Assembly (NCBI RefSeq): GCF_000143415.4
Contig: NW_003314283.1
Coordinates: 444,752-508,751 of the forward strand
Direction of reading: 5' to 3'
From: Selaginella moellendorffii
Taxonomy: Eukaryota > Plantae > Lycopodiophyta
Length of the DNA stretch: 64,000 nt
The notes beneath the pieces were generated by a model, which saw nothing but the letters and a program-made list of their open reading frames with translations, did no database searches and had not been told where the DNA came from. Below are positions 1 through 13,539 of the stretch, one piece after another. The first letter of the stretch is position 1, and each line of letters starts with the position of its first letter. The position numbers and the translations under genes are program-made.

Positions 1-253
1 TATCTTGGGTCCATCTCGAACTCTTTCACTTGTCATGTGTTAGTCCTTTTGTGTCCTTTTTTCTAGAAACTCACTTACTCCTTGCTTCATGCTCATTCCT
101 CGAGCATTTCATTGGGAGTTCCACTCCCACTCTCAACTATCCAAGTCAAAGTTTTTAGTCCAAATATGTTACTCTTGTTTGGGTTCCACTTCGGCCACTA
201 CCATGTGGCACCCTTTTGGCTCCACTTTTGGGGCTTTGGGATTTATGTCTCAC
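1..253. mobile_element. Terminus of an LTR-like repeat (family also at 45304-46551 and 59880-60642)
   Basis: Aligns by eye with 60440-60642 and with the reverse complement of 45304-45520; ends in ...TGTCTCACA, an LTR-type CA terminus. Confidence 0.55.
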
Positions 254-1004
254 ATAAACTATATATTGTAAGATTGGGAAAATGAACTAATACAAAGTCA
301 TCCCTTTTATAATCTAGAAATGGACAATGATAAGAGTTTTAATGCTATTGTTGTCCTACTTGTACATAGCTCAAATGTTCAATAGACTCTACTCAAACTA
401 GTAGAAGGTTACTTATCAATTGTTGATCCCAAGACCTCATTGGTACCTCATAACGATTGTGAAGGCAAACTCAATTTTATTGATCATGACTATATAAGAG
501 TTTATATGGTGAGACATGAATAAAACTTTGCATCTTGTGACATAAATATTCTAAAGAAATGGTAAATAACCATTTTAATTCAAATGCTAAAAATTTACAT
601 ACTTTGTGATCATCCATTTGAAACTTTTAATATTGTTTCACCAAACCATTTATCTGTGGATGATAAGCAATTGTGAAAGTGTGATGTCAAAATGTGATAT
701 GCCTCAGCCATAAATGTGGGATATTATCCGAAAGAATCCACTCTAGACAAAAATGTTGGAAAATCACTCAATTAAATAGGAAGTTTTCAATAGTAGTGGT
801 AAATGCACTAGCAAGAGCATCAACTTCCACCCAACGAGTCAAGTATTTAGTTAAAAAGGCCTTATCAAATTAAATGTCATCAGCTCAAACAAATAGGGTG
901 TTTCTTCTACTTTAAAAACATAGAATTTAGAGAATTAAAATCATTTTCTAATTCATCCAATTATGCACTTGCAAAGTCAAACTTCAATTGTCCTTCTATA
1001 ACAT

Positions 1005-1384
1005 AACCCTTCTCAAAAGATCAAGGTCAGTCCGTGGTGCACCCCCGAAGGGGATCCCACGAATTAGTTTCCTTTCGCCTGTATGGGTTTAGCACCCACA
1101 AACTCGCATACATGTTAGACTCCTTGGTCCATGTTTCAAGACAGGTCGGATGGAACGCCCAAGTTCCAGCATCTGGCGGGGCACCGGAGCACCCCGCCAT
1201 TTTCAGAGGCAGCGGCGGCATTGGCAGGGAGCCAGAGGCTCACAAGCCATTATCCCGCCGCATCCTCCCATGCTGGACAGCCCCTTGCATTGCTTGGCAA
1301 ACCAGCTCTCGCCGTTCCACACACAACCAAGGGGCGCACAAGGCATCCATTCGCTTCCCTCCCAGCAATTTCAAGCACTTTTTA

Positions 1385-1429
<45 letters not shown>

Positions 1430-1773
1430 GCGCTATCGGTCTCTCACCAGTATTTAGCCTTGGATGGAATTTACCACCCACTTAAGGCTACATTCCCAAA
1501 CAGCCCAACTCACCGAAAGAGCCTCGTGATGCAGCAGGTCCGGGCTAGATGGGGCTCTCACCCTCTCTGGCGTCCCGTTCCAAGGGACTTAAACTCGGTC
1601 CGCTGTAGAGGACCCTTCTCCAGACTACAATTCGAGGTGCAAAGACACCCCGATTTCCAAGTTGGGCTCTTTCCGTTTCGCTCGCCGCTACTAGGGAAAT
1701 CCTTGTTAGTTTCTTTTCCTCCTCTTAGTGATATGCTTAAACTCAGCGGGTTATCTTGCCTGACCTGAGGTCG
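1005..1773 (-). rRNA. Degenerate 25S/26S LSU rRNA 5' fragment (rDNA pseudogene)
   Basis: Reverse complements of conserved LSU motifs: GACTCCTTGGTCCATGTTTCAAGAC, CTTTCCCTCGCGGTACTTG, TGATATGCTTAAACTCAGCGGG. Several CpG->TpG/CpA changes in normally invariant positions. Confidence 0.95.
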
Positions 1774-1944
1774 TGCACATGAGCGATTCGCCACTAGGTG
1801 GGGTGTGTGCCATTGATGCCACACAGACAAGTCGGGGGCCACACCATCCACATGCAATCAAGCCGACCGGAACACAAGTCCACGGACGGCCACATTTGCC
1901 CCACGCTCACACTCACAGAGTGCGCATGAGGCAGCAAATGGTTG
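1774..1944 (-). other. ITS2 of the rDNA fragment
   Basis: Lies between the LSU 5' end (CGACCTCAGGTCAGGC on minus) and the 5.8S 3' end. Confidence 0.85.
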
Positions 1945-2069
1945 CGGACGCTCAGGCAAGCATGCCCTCGGGATGAACCTCGGGCACAAGTTGCGTTCAA
2001 AACTTCGATGATTCATGGAATTCTGCAATTCACATCACGTATCGCATTTCGCTGTGTTCTTCATCTACG
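1945..2069 (-). rRNA. 5'-truncated 5.8S rRNA pseudogene
   Basis: Contains TTGCGTTCAAA...GAATTCTGCAATTCACA...TATCGCATTTCGCTG(T)GTTCTTCATC; the match breaks off just beyond the GATGAAGAAC motif. Confidence 0.93.
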
Positions 2070-5000
2070 AGCTTGGCACCAAATATAACTATATATATAC
2101 TTGATATCATATCACGTCTTTGGCTATTAGAAAGACTTGCACAACTTCTTAATTACATGCTAATGTCCTATATGCCCATCTAAAATAGAGATTAAAGGCA
2201 CCACTAGTTGAAATGGTCATTAGGATCAATACACATAAAGTAAAAAAGGTTGTGTTCAAGACAATATTAAAAATGTAAATAGAAAAATGGCATAAGTGGT
2301 ACAAGATTCTCAAACCCATCATAAAACTTTCAAATCCACAACATAACCTTTCAAGTCTCACAAACCTTATTAAAAGAAGGTAAATCTAACTCTCCACCTT
2401 GTGAACACTAAATATCAAGCACAAAAACCACCAATAATATAAATTTCTCATCTAGAAAGTTTATTGATGCAAGAATAATAAACTCTTTAAGAACAAAAGA
2501 AAAAAATAAAGAAGGGAGAGGAGATTGAGAAAGAGTATTAACATTAATTATAGAATTCCCTAGGTAATAAACAATCTTGAAATTATATATTTAATGCTTT
2601 AAGGTCTACCAAATAATACAATTAACTAAATTCTTCCACTTTAATAATGAAGTGACCATAACATTATCACCCTTTAATAATGTCTGAGGATTCTATAAGT
2701 ATGTATGAAGCTTCTTGAAACCCCGAACTGTTACTAGACACTCATTCTCTATCCTAGAGTAGTTCACCATTGCTAGTCATAATATACGATTGATATATGT
2801 AATAAAATGCTATTAATCAGGTATAACCATGTTTTATTGCATCAACACACTTTTGAGACTAATATTAAAAACATCTATATGCAAGATGAAGAGTTAAGTG
2901 TAATTAAGATATGCTAAAGTTAAAAAAGTTTCAACACTTCTTTGAGATCCATAAATGCTTGCTTGTAGTTATAAAACTAAGTGAAAGACAATATTAATGA
3001 CTTTAACAACATTTACAATAGTGTAGTATGATAAAAGAGATGATTAAATTGCATGGAATTGCGTCTGGGGAGGATGAACAAAACAACTAAAATATTACAC
3101 ATATTGCCAAGAAAGCATTGCACATCATTCACATATTTTGAAGTGATGAACTTTAAAACAGTTATAAATTTGTACGAATAAACTTGTAAACCATTGCAAT
3201 AAATGTGGTACCTAAGATAATTCATGTCCTTAAACCCAAATACACACTTTGACCACTTATACTTCAAACCAACTTCCCACAATTAATCTAACACCTTGAC
3301 ATCCTCTTTAAGTGGATCAAAATATCATTGATAAAGATAATAGTCACTTTTAGCATATTAGAAAGAACTTCATTCATCATCAACTAACAAATAATTAGAG
3401 TATTGTTTAAACTAAATAGCATCATCAATAACTTATATAAATTAAATGGTGAATAGAAAATAATCTTTGGAACATTCTTTTTAGCTATCAACATTTGTTA
3501 CTACCTAAAAACAAAATCCAACTTGGTGAACTAATAACTTCTCCCTAAATAATTTAAAAGATCAGTAGTGTGAGGAAAAGGGTACACATCCAAAATAATC
3601 ACATCATTTAACAAATAATAGATCCACATGCCTAAAACCTTTAAAAATTACATAGATCAAATAGAAACTTTGATAAAAAAATCATCCCTAATTAAAATAT
3701 GATGATGCATTGGAATCTTAGTTACAAATGATAGGTCAAAATTGAAGAAATTATTATACTCAAAAACACAATAGGAAGTAGTCTAGAGACATAAGTGATG
3801 AAAGTAAATATAGAAATAAAGTGACTATGTGAAACATAGGTAAGAAAAATGGAAGAGATATAAAAGCAGCTTTAAAGTCATATATGGCATAATTGCACTA
3901 CAACCAATCTATATAAAAAATGAGGTTAAAAGTTTGACTCACCTCCACCCATAATGATTGAAATTTAAGTTTAAAATCACTTACACTCAAAACTAAACCC
4001 ACCTCATTTTACACACACACATGTGTATGGTTGTTGTTATGGAAAATGAAGACTAGCTTTACCACATAAGATGTAAATTTAGATAATAATATATGGCAAC
4101 AAGCTGAACAATAGAAGATAAATTTAAATATATATTAACCAATATAGAAAAGATGTTGTTGATACCAAGGCCTCTATCCATGAAATGAAGGATACCAATT
4201 GATACATATGGCCATCCTCATAATACACCTAATAATGAATATCACGGTCGTGACCACATCCTCACTTTTATCTTTGAACATGGGCAACTATGACATTAAC
4301 CTCCATTGGAACAGAATCATCTTAGATGGAAAGTAGAAATGAAGCACATGCATTTATAAGTGGGAGAGTTAATGTATTATAACATTGTGCTAGTTAAAAA
4401 ACATTGTTAAAGGTGGCAAAAGCAAATGTATGCATAAGTTGCACAAGATCTTGACAAAAATATTGGTCAACATATCAAAATTGATCTACTTTAATATATT
4501 GAACTTCGTATGAAATTAAAAACTTCAAAAGTGAGCACCAAATTGTATAATTAACTTAAATAGCCCTTAATAGAGACAATGCAATTGCTAAAAGACATTA
4601 CCATAATTATCAACATGTCAAAATAAGTAATAATTTCAATCCATATGAATTGTTACACTCAAACTTTTGTGCCAATGCAATACTATCCCTTGGAAACATT
4701 TGAAAAACTTATGCCTATGCTAGATATTATTCCAAAAATGATAGTTAGCAATTGATTGAATCAATAGTACACATCATTATTAGGATTCCCATGAAAAAAA
4801 TTTAATCAAATGTGAGGATTGGTAGGAAGAGCAAGAAGAGTTGCATTATATGCTATGAACACCACCATCAATTAAATCTGATTATTTAGTTAATTGCACC
4901 AATTGGTACTCTAGAATTAGAGGAGGAAAAAGCTACTACAAAGTAGTAGTATATTGCTTTGCCATGAAGATGAATGAAAAGAAAAAAAAAAGAAATGGCA
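2070..5000 (-). mobile_element. Heavily degenerated Ty3/gypsy internal region (same family as 36077-41045)
   Basis: ORF remnant 2149-2361 (GFESFMMGLRILYHL) matches 39404-39637 (GFEGFEMGLRILHHL); RT remnant at 3013-3282; 4800-4990 aligns with the gag start at 44270-44440. Confidence 0.8.
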
Positions 5001-5168
5001 AAATATAAGAACAAAAAAAATCTAAACAATGCAAAAGTTAAATTTAAATAAAAAATATAATTTAAGCACTCTCAAAGACAAAAAAAAAATGTTCTTTATA
5101 TCCACGAATGTGATTGCCTGGAATAAAGAAATATACATATTTGATTAACTCAAAAACCTTTACTTATA

Positions 5169-5381
5169 NNNNNNNNNNNNNNNNNNNNNNNNNNNNNNNN
5201 NNNNNNNNNNNNNNNNNNNNNNNNNNNNNNNNNNNNNNNNNNNNNNNNNNNNNNNNNNNNNNNNNNNNNNNNNNNNNNNNNNNNNNNNNNNNNNNNNNNN
5301 NNNNNNNNNNNNNNNNNNNNNNNNNNNNNNNNNNNNNNNNNNNNNNNNNNNNNNNNNNNNNNNNNNNNNNNNNNNNNNNNN
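5169..5381. other. Assembly gap (N run)
   Basis: Run of N. Confidence 1.
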
Positions 5382-6332
5382 AAATCCTACTATAATAGTA
5401 ATAGTAAATAAAATTGTAGCTATACATTTAAAGTTTTTAATAAATTTAAAAATTTAAAAATTATATGTAAAAATATAATTAGTATGGATATAATTTATTC
5501 ATGTTTAACTATACAAAATGGTATTTGATATAATTTATTTAAATTTCTAAGTAAATATAAATATTATAATTTTATATAATAGTATTATGATTAATTCTGA
5601 TTAGATTAGAGCCATCAGACCAGAATAAAACACCCATATTATCTTTTTATTTATTAAGATGTGGCAAAATCATAAGCATTAATAAGAATATACTTTAAAA
5701 TAAATCATGATTACCATGCCTAGGAGTCACTAAAACCCCTCTAAATATCACCCAATCTTGACACAGTTGTAGACTATAATTTATTTTAATACGATTATTC
5801 TATATATCTAATTGTTAAAACCAATTCAAAATTGCTATCTATAATTTTAGAGATGAGTTCCCAAAAAATATTTAAAACATTAAATAAGAATCACTAATTA
5901 CTTTCCTTATTTGGATTCTGTAATTTATAATTAGAATCTATAAATTCCTGAATAATGTGCTAGCAAACTAATTAATAATAACAAAGATCAAGGTAGCTTA
6001 GATAGGCATTAATTAGAGTCACATAGGCTAGAGAGATATTGTATGACTTTTATATTTTGAGATAAACTAATTATGGAATAATTTAGAATTCAAAAATATT
6101 GAGAATAAGTTTTTTTATTTTCTAATGTTTGTCTAAAATTTGTAACATTGTATTTGTTGCAAAACTTAAGCTAATATTGTCCTTTACTTTTAGCTATTGT
6201 ATCTATTGCTAGATAAAAATACATCTTCTTGTTTATATTTTGTAACTTTTTTATTGTTTTTACCATTTAGCCTTTTTGTTTTTTTTTCTATATAAGAAAT
6301 TTGTAATTTGATTTTGATTAAATAGTTTAACA

Positions 6333-6827
6333 ATGTCACTAGCTACATGTATACTTATTTTGAATCTTGTCATTTCTCCTTATCTATGTAATACAGCAAG
6401 ACTATCTATTGAAAAGAATGAATCTAAATCACTTCAGGTAAGTGTTGATATTTATAAAATAATTAAAATTAAAATTAAAAAAATTCATTAATAAAAGGAT
6501 TTGCCTGGACGGTTTGGAGAGACATGTGACCATATTCATTTGCATATTACTGTAGTTGCAGTAATGCTTGTAGGAGAATGTAAATCAAATGGGGGAGGAA
6601 TTGGTAGTGTACAACTTGATCTTAACAATGGGATTGGAAATATGAATGGAAAATTAGTTGCAGGAGGATCAGATTTTATTAAAAGTTGTGATCTTACCAC
6701 TTTTGGCATTGCTGGAAAAACAACATTACGAGGGAAATGCAAGAATATGCAAGGATATCTTCAACCTACTGAAGTGAATTTAAACACAGCAATTATGAAT
6801 CATGAGGGTGAGATGTTTTTCTCTTAA
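6333..6827 (+). CDS. Secreted cyanovirin-N homolog (CVNH) lectin, copy 1; exons 6333-6437 and 6498-6827
   Basis: Exon 1 is signal peptide-like (MSLATCILILNLVISPYLCNTAR...Q), followed by a 60-nt GT-AG phase-0 intron. Exon 2 (DLPGRFGETC...LDLNNGIGNMNGKL...SDFIKSC...NLNTAIMNHEGEMFF) has the two-repeat CV-N pattern (F..TC/SC; LDL...I.N..G.L). Confidence 0.85.
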
Positions 6828-9800
6828 AAGTATTATATATTTTTGTCATTAGCTTTGTCATAGATTTTTATAGTAAAATAAAAGTTACAGCTTTGTCAAA
6901 GCCTTGTCAATTTATATTGACATGGTTATTTGATTAGGGAAAATGCTATATCTTAATTCTTAGCAACAGAAGTTGATAATGCCAAAGCCAATATATAAGA
7001 AAGTAACAATGTTAATTAAAATGAATAGGTAAATATAAAAATTATAAGAAGAACTTTAATTAGCAATATAAGAAAAGTTTTTTTTATTTTGATAAATCAT
7101 TTCTACTATTATAAAGGACAACATTAAGGTAATTGGATGCCATGTAGTTTCACAATCCCATAAAGGCAAGGGTACTATTGAGGCCTACAATCTAGCATCT
7201 GGGCCCACAAAAATTGTCCATCTTCCTTAACTCTTCTGTTAGCCCTACTACTCTAAATTCCTCTATTATTACCTTGTCTCTTACCCAAGAAATCATGTCC
7301 TCTAGAAGTGTTTGTGTGTAAGTTTGATGAGCTGTTCTAGATTGTGAAGATATTATATGCCAAATAGACCATATGTTAGCCATGTCATCAAGTGCCAGTA
7401 ACATAGCTATACAATAAACTCTAAATCATGTAAATATAAAGAGAAGGTGTTGGGTTGAGCAATTGCTCCACTCGGTATATCTCAGTAAAAAGCTATACTC
7501 TAATTCACTATTCACACGTTTTAAGAATGATATGATTTACTTAAAAGAAATAGTAATATTACTATGCATAGTCATCTTAGGGTCCTCCTAGCAATCCCTA
7601 TGTTGATGCCTTGAGGATACCCATGACCACCAATCATGTTGCTAGGAGGGTAAATTAAGGAAGGAAAGAGGATCAGCCATGAGTAAGGGAGCAAGGAAAA
7701 GTGAGGAGAGGAAAGAAAAGTGGCCTTACCCTAAAAGAATACAAGAGGGAATATTCCTATCTAGGAATATTCCACTATATAAGTAGGACAAGATAGAGCA
7801 TGGAATTTTAAAAGCAAATAGATAAGCATCTAGATCTTTATAGGCACCCTAGCCCCAAGAAGTGGTGAAACCTGGTGTGGACAAGTCTTCTATCCTTTCT
7901 TTTTACATTTTGTTGGCATCTTTGAGAGATTTTCATGTTTTTGGTGAGAATCGAGAGAAATAAGTGAGATTTGAGAACTTAAAGGCATGATTTATCATGC
8001 TAGAAGTCTCATGTGGAGATCAAGTGAAAAGAGTTGAAAATTTGAGAGTTTTGAGTCGTTCTTTAAAGTATTTTAACAGTAACTTCTTTAGTGAGCAGAT
8101 TCTCTTTCAATTCTGAGTAGATTCATTCTAGACGCTTTCAATAGATTTTCTTCTCCTCTTTCCAGAAAGGCATGATGCTCCTTGTATTCTTGAATTTTTT
8201 CTTTCATCATGAATGTTTAGATTTTTGTCAAGTGTTCTTCTGCCTTCTTGCTACCTCAATCTTTGGGGCTACTAATTTGGCCCAAACATATGCTAGGATA
8301 GGATCTTAGTGAATTTAGCATAGATTTGTGGTAAGATTGGATTCTTTAGAAGCATCTGGAGGAAATCTACTAAAGAGCAAAGATCAGACCAAAATCAATA
8401 TGTGATAAAGCTTGAGTGATTTTTCTTTCTACAACTTCACTATGAGTGAGGGTTTTTCCTTGTTGATTTCATGACTGATTTACCTCTAATCCATCCAATG
8501 TGAGTCTAGATACATGTTTTTGAAGTTTGTGAGTGTTCTTTGCATCCAAATTCCACCATTTTCATCAAGACTATAAGTTCACAGTATTTCTCATCTACTC
8601 ACTACCATTTGATATCTTAATCACTTGGACAACATTTCATCATCCAATTCATGTTCTATATGGACCATAAAGCTGAGACAGCTCCAATAAGAATCTGATC
8701 ACCATGCAGCAACAAACACTATCACCAACAATCTTGAGATACTACCATGACTGCATACACTATATTCGTAGAGCATTTTCCCACTTTATGGAGGAGACTT
8801 CTTGGACCTAGGACACTAATCAAGATGACAAGACCAAACAACACTTCAGGTGTGGACCTGCCAACACCACTTTTTGAGCTTTGTTTATATGTGGATACCA
8901 CCACTAGACATGAGTGGGAATCATCATCACAAACAACTTAGTCCGAGAGAAGTTGTGAACACTGACGACACATTGAGACTTCTTGACCATCACATTATCA
9001 CTCAAGATCCATCCCATCACACTTCCATCATCCATCCATCCATATTCCATTTCATCCCATCCTTAGAATCTTAGGTGAGCTTCTGAGCCAACATGAGGTG
9101 CTTTTGGGAGGTGTAGGAGCCTTAGAGTCAAAGGTTTAGGTTTGTGTTCTCTCCTCTAAGCTCATACTTCTTTCTTTGTTTTAGTTTTTCCAATCTCTTT
9201 TCTCTTTTCCATTTTTCTTCCTTAGAGATTCCTTCATAGTTTTGCAGTTAGGAATCTTTACCTCCCAAGAGTTTAGTTCCTCTGTCAAGTTTCCCACTGG
9301 GCTTTCCCTTGACCTTGGAACTTCATATCTCATCCCATCTCCACTCTCTTCCACTTTTTTTTTAATATCATTTTCTAGAGCTGTATTCTTTTCTTTGTCT
9401 CTTTTTTGAATCTTTGTAGCTTGATCACTCCAGCAAGATATCAGCTCACAAATCACAACAATCAGCACATCAAATAGATGCTGTAGGGTTCTTGCACTAT
9501 CGGGAGCCTAGTGCTATCCACCATGGTTGGGTTGTGGCCCCAAGATTCTTTGAGAGAGAGAGAGAGTTATCACTTAGGAAGATTCCACTATTTTGTATAA
9601 AAGCACTGCAAGTCACAAGTGTGAGGGCACAAGGGCAAAGCATTTGAGCATTTGAGCATTGGAGTTAAAGAGTTTCTAGAGTGTATCACCACCTTAAACC
9701 TACGGTTTCTTTCACACATAAATATTGAGGATGTGACTTTGTCCAAAATGTCACCCACTCATTTTGACTAAGGGGCAGGTAATGCTAATCCACCCATCAG

Positions 9801-10099
9801 TGAGGTAGAGGACAAGGAAGTTCCAAAGCTTACAATGATGTCTAAAGCCCATGGTGATATCTATATCCATGTATGTATTTGTGGGGCTCTAAACTTGGCT
9901 TTAAGCCAAACCTTTATTGAACTCTTGCAAGGAATGAGAACACAACACATAGCAAAGTGTACAAAGCTTGTTAAAGGGAAAATTTACCACCATTGTCAAG
10001 ACAAACTCTTCATCCAAGAGCATCTTAAAATCCTCCCAAGACAAGGTGACTTGGTACTACTTCAAAATGTAATTCCAATCCAACATTAATAAAAGGAAT

Positions 10100-10881
10100 T
10101 GCAAGTTATAAATTTTTCTTTTATGATTGTTAGATTACCTTGTTTATCTGACTATCACTACCTTGGCCTTAGTTAAGTTCCTTTACCAAAATTTTTGCCT
10201 ATGGTACTAGCTCCTACTTAGTTTTACTTGGCTTTAATTACTCACTACACAAACAATAGAATGTTAGCCACTCATCCATAGATTCCTAAATTCTCTTTCA
10301 ATCCCCTTCCTCAAATAGGGCACCACTCCACATAAGTTGAGAGCACTGTAGTTAATTTCCCTTTTGGGAGTGGGAGTTACTTTTGAGCATCTCCTTGGAT
10401 GGCTTTTTTGGCACCACCTGACTCCATGCTCACTCCCACCCAAGGCCCTTAACCCCTAGTCTCAACCTCAAATTAGTTTGAAAGTACTATTGGAATTCCT
10501 TCAAGACTAATTTCTAAACCTCACTATCCCTACTATACTTTTGGAACCCTTTATAGCCCCCCTCCCAGGAGACACACGCTTTGGGCTTTCACCCCATGAC
10601 TTGTATTAGTATTCAGACTCAGTTTCGAACTTGATCTTGGACTCAGTCTCGAATTTGATCTCGGACCCAACTTCAGACTCGGTCTCAGACCCAATCTCAG
10701 ACTCAAACTCAATCTCGAACTTGGTCTCGGACTCGGTCTCGGACTTGGTCTCGAACTCGGTCTTAGAGTCAGTTTCAGACTTAATCTCGGACTCAATTTC
10801 ATCTAATAAACTCTTTATCATTTTGATTATGTTTTCAGGGATCCTTTAGTCTACGACACCTTAGAGAGTTGGTTCCTTACA
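10100..10881. mobile_element. Degenerate solo LTR of the chromovirus family, 5-bp TSD GGAAT
   Basis: TG...GGTTCCTTACA termini match the LTR at 54676-55803; contains the hexamer array; GGAAT at 10095-10099 and 10882-10886. Confidence 0.85.
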
Positions 10882-13539
10882 GGAATGTGCTTCTACTCTG
10901 ATGAAAAAGTAGCTATCAAAACACCTAGTTCAATTTTGTAGCACTATGCAATTGTCACTAAGTGAGAGGAAACTTTTCCTTATATACCCATTGATTAAGT
11001 TTAGGTCCGCACCCAAGAAAACCTTTGGAACACCCTGATGATGGAGGAACACTTATTGCAAATTATGATGGGTGTCACAAAAAGGCTAGTAATGTTTACT
11101 ACATGCAATTGTCACTCTTGAGTACCAAGAACTTCTGGACATGTAAAGAGCTAACCACCCTGAGTCATTCAGATGGAAAAGAAGATGGCAAATGTGGATC
11201 CATTGATGCCATAGAGAACCGATATGCCAAATTGTACTTGTTCTACCAGCAAACATTGGATGAGCTTAAGTGGGATCTTGCAGAATAGCATTGGAAAGGA
11301 AATAGGTGTAAGGAATTCTTTCATTATGAGACCAAGTTGGAGAGGTACCTCATTCATATCCCAACTCAGTCTACCTTCATCAAGAAGGCGAGAGTCCAAT
11401 CAATCCACTCCTATAACTTCCCATAATGCATCAATATGATTTTGAAGAGTTGGTGATCAACACTTCATGCAGCTTACTTAACAGTAGTGGCTTCCCTTAT
11501 TAGCAGCTATAGACCTCCCAGTTAGAGCTTGTAAAGTTTGCAATGACACAAAGATGTAGTGAAAGGGCTCCATAGTGATTATGAAGTGTAATTGCTAAGG
11601 AGGAGTAGAAATCATGCACTTTAGGGTGTCTTCATCCAAAGGAAGACAAAACACTCAAACACTTGGAAATGAAAACACAATGAGGAATTTCACTTTGATC
11701 AACTCAACCCTTTATATGCACACATCATACACCTCCTATAGGAGCTCTTTGATGTTCTTTGAGGATGTATACTTGCAAAGATTTGGAAGGCTTGCTACAC
11801 TAGATTGTTCAATGACAAGAACCCCTTAGCTTGAGCAATGATCTTGAAGGTCTAGTCCAAGTTGATCATCTCTTTAGAAGTACAATTGGATGTGATTGAA
11901 AAAAGAAGAGATGAAAGAAAGATTGCATAAGAATGAACATTTTAGCCCTTTTTTAGAGAACTAAGTGAGGCTGGAGAGGACAAATGGACATGGAAACTTA
12001 TTGTGGCTCTAGCAGCACATGTTTAGGAAAGATGGCATATGTATTCCTTAAGTTCTTCAAATTCTTCATTAAATAATTTAAGCATTTGGGACATATTGTC
12101 CATAGACCCCATCCCCCTCACCCCTCCGCCTACTTTCGACCTACTCTTTGTTGGCATGTTGAAATAAGCATCTCTATGGTTTTTTAGAGGTTAATAAAAA
12201 ATATAAAAAAACCTTATTGATAGAAAGGCTGATGATAAAATTGACAGAATGCCCCCTTGAATCAAAAAGCCATGTACCAGAATTAAATAGGGACATGATG
12301 GTAAGCTCATTGTGTCTCTCAAATTCTAGTGACATGAATGAGAATGTGGGAGCACTCAAAATAAAGTCCATCAGCATTGATATAAATTAACCCTTCAACA
12401 CACCTATAGTCAATCCTCCAAAGGATATGGACACAATGCCAAAAAGCTCTTGTCATGTGTCTTGTAGGTACTAACTCACTCCACCATGCTAAAGAAGACA
12501 AATGCCACACATTTAGAGCATTTTGAAACAAAATAGATTTTTGCCCCACACCCACTAAAACACACTTCTATTGATTGGTGTCTGAGGTTTTGACAAATAA
12601 TGTGGGGGCTCCTCAAGCATCCCTTTCCACTAAGCTTCCATCTTCTATTATTTATGTTGACTTCTAAGAGATGAATTTGTCTTAATTCTAAATAACAAAT
12701 GACCCCTTGACCTTGAGTAAGACTCATATCCATGAACTTACTAAGATGCTTCTTGAATAGCATCATTAGAATTTCCACCACTTACTCGAATATACCCTTG
12801 ATAGTCACTAAAACTAACTGCAGTGGAGAAACACTTCCTCTTGAGAACCCTAAATAATGATCTTAGATCCTATGCTTATGCTTTTCTTCCCCCTACTCAA
12901 AAACAATCCCACTTGAATCTGATGATGTATTTGATTCTTTTTCACATGGAAGATGGATTTAGGCAAATACATGATATAATTGTACAATTAAGTGATAAAA
13001 AAGTAATTGAAATAACACTAAAACTATCTCATAATTTTTTATATACAAACATTTTAAAACTTTTTAAATTAGTCTTGTGATGATCACAATTAGTTTATAA
13101 ATAAATAAAAATAAAAATATTTTTATGAAAAAATTTAATAATTTTAATCTTTTTTACCACTTTTCTGTACCACTAATTTATGCACACCCACCATCTTAGA
13201 CTCTTTATATAAAAGATGTTCTCACTACCATTGCCATTGGTGATTTGTACCTTCCCAATGGACTCAATTTACTTAAAAATGTTTATAGTTATAATTTATC
13301 TTCAATGGTTGATTTTAGATTATGCATATATAACTTGAATATAATAAATTAAGTTTATTACTATTGTTTTTCAGACATGTATCAATTTAAAAAGAGATGT
13401 CTAGAAGGGTTGATCATTTCTTACTCATTAGACCAAATAGTTATAGGCCAAAGAGAAAAATATTATTATTTAAAGATTCTTCATATTAGTGTCTTTTATT
13501 ATTCTAGAAACACATAATGTGGATTTATAAATTAGCTTT

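Noticed and set aside
1034-1768. 244-aa ORF and overlapping ORFs
   Set aside because: Antisense readings of the LSU rRNA fragment.
7500-10090. Repeat-like region with short ORFs
   Set aside because: Probably decayed TE sequence, but no diagnostic domain, termini or TSD could be identified by eye.
10551-10849. ESETES/SDSVSD/RLRL low-complexity ORFs (also at 45.5, 49.1, 55.4-56.1 and 60.2 kb)
   Set aside because: Translation artefacts of the LTR hexamer array, which is open in several frames.
11139-13000. Short ORFs in the duplicated X/Y/Z segment
   Set aside because: Frames are not conserved between the two copies; likely an unclassifiable decayed element.
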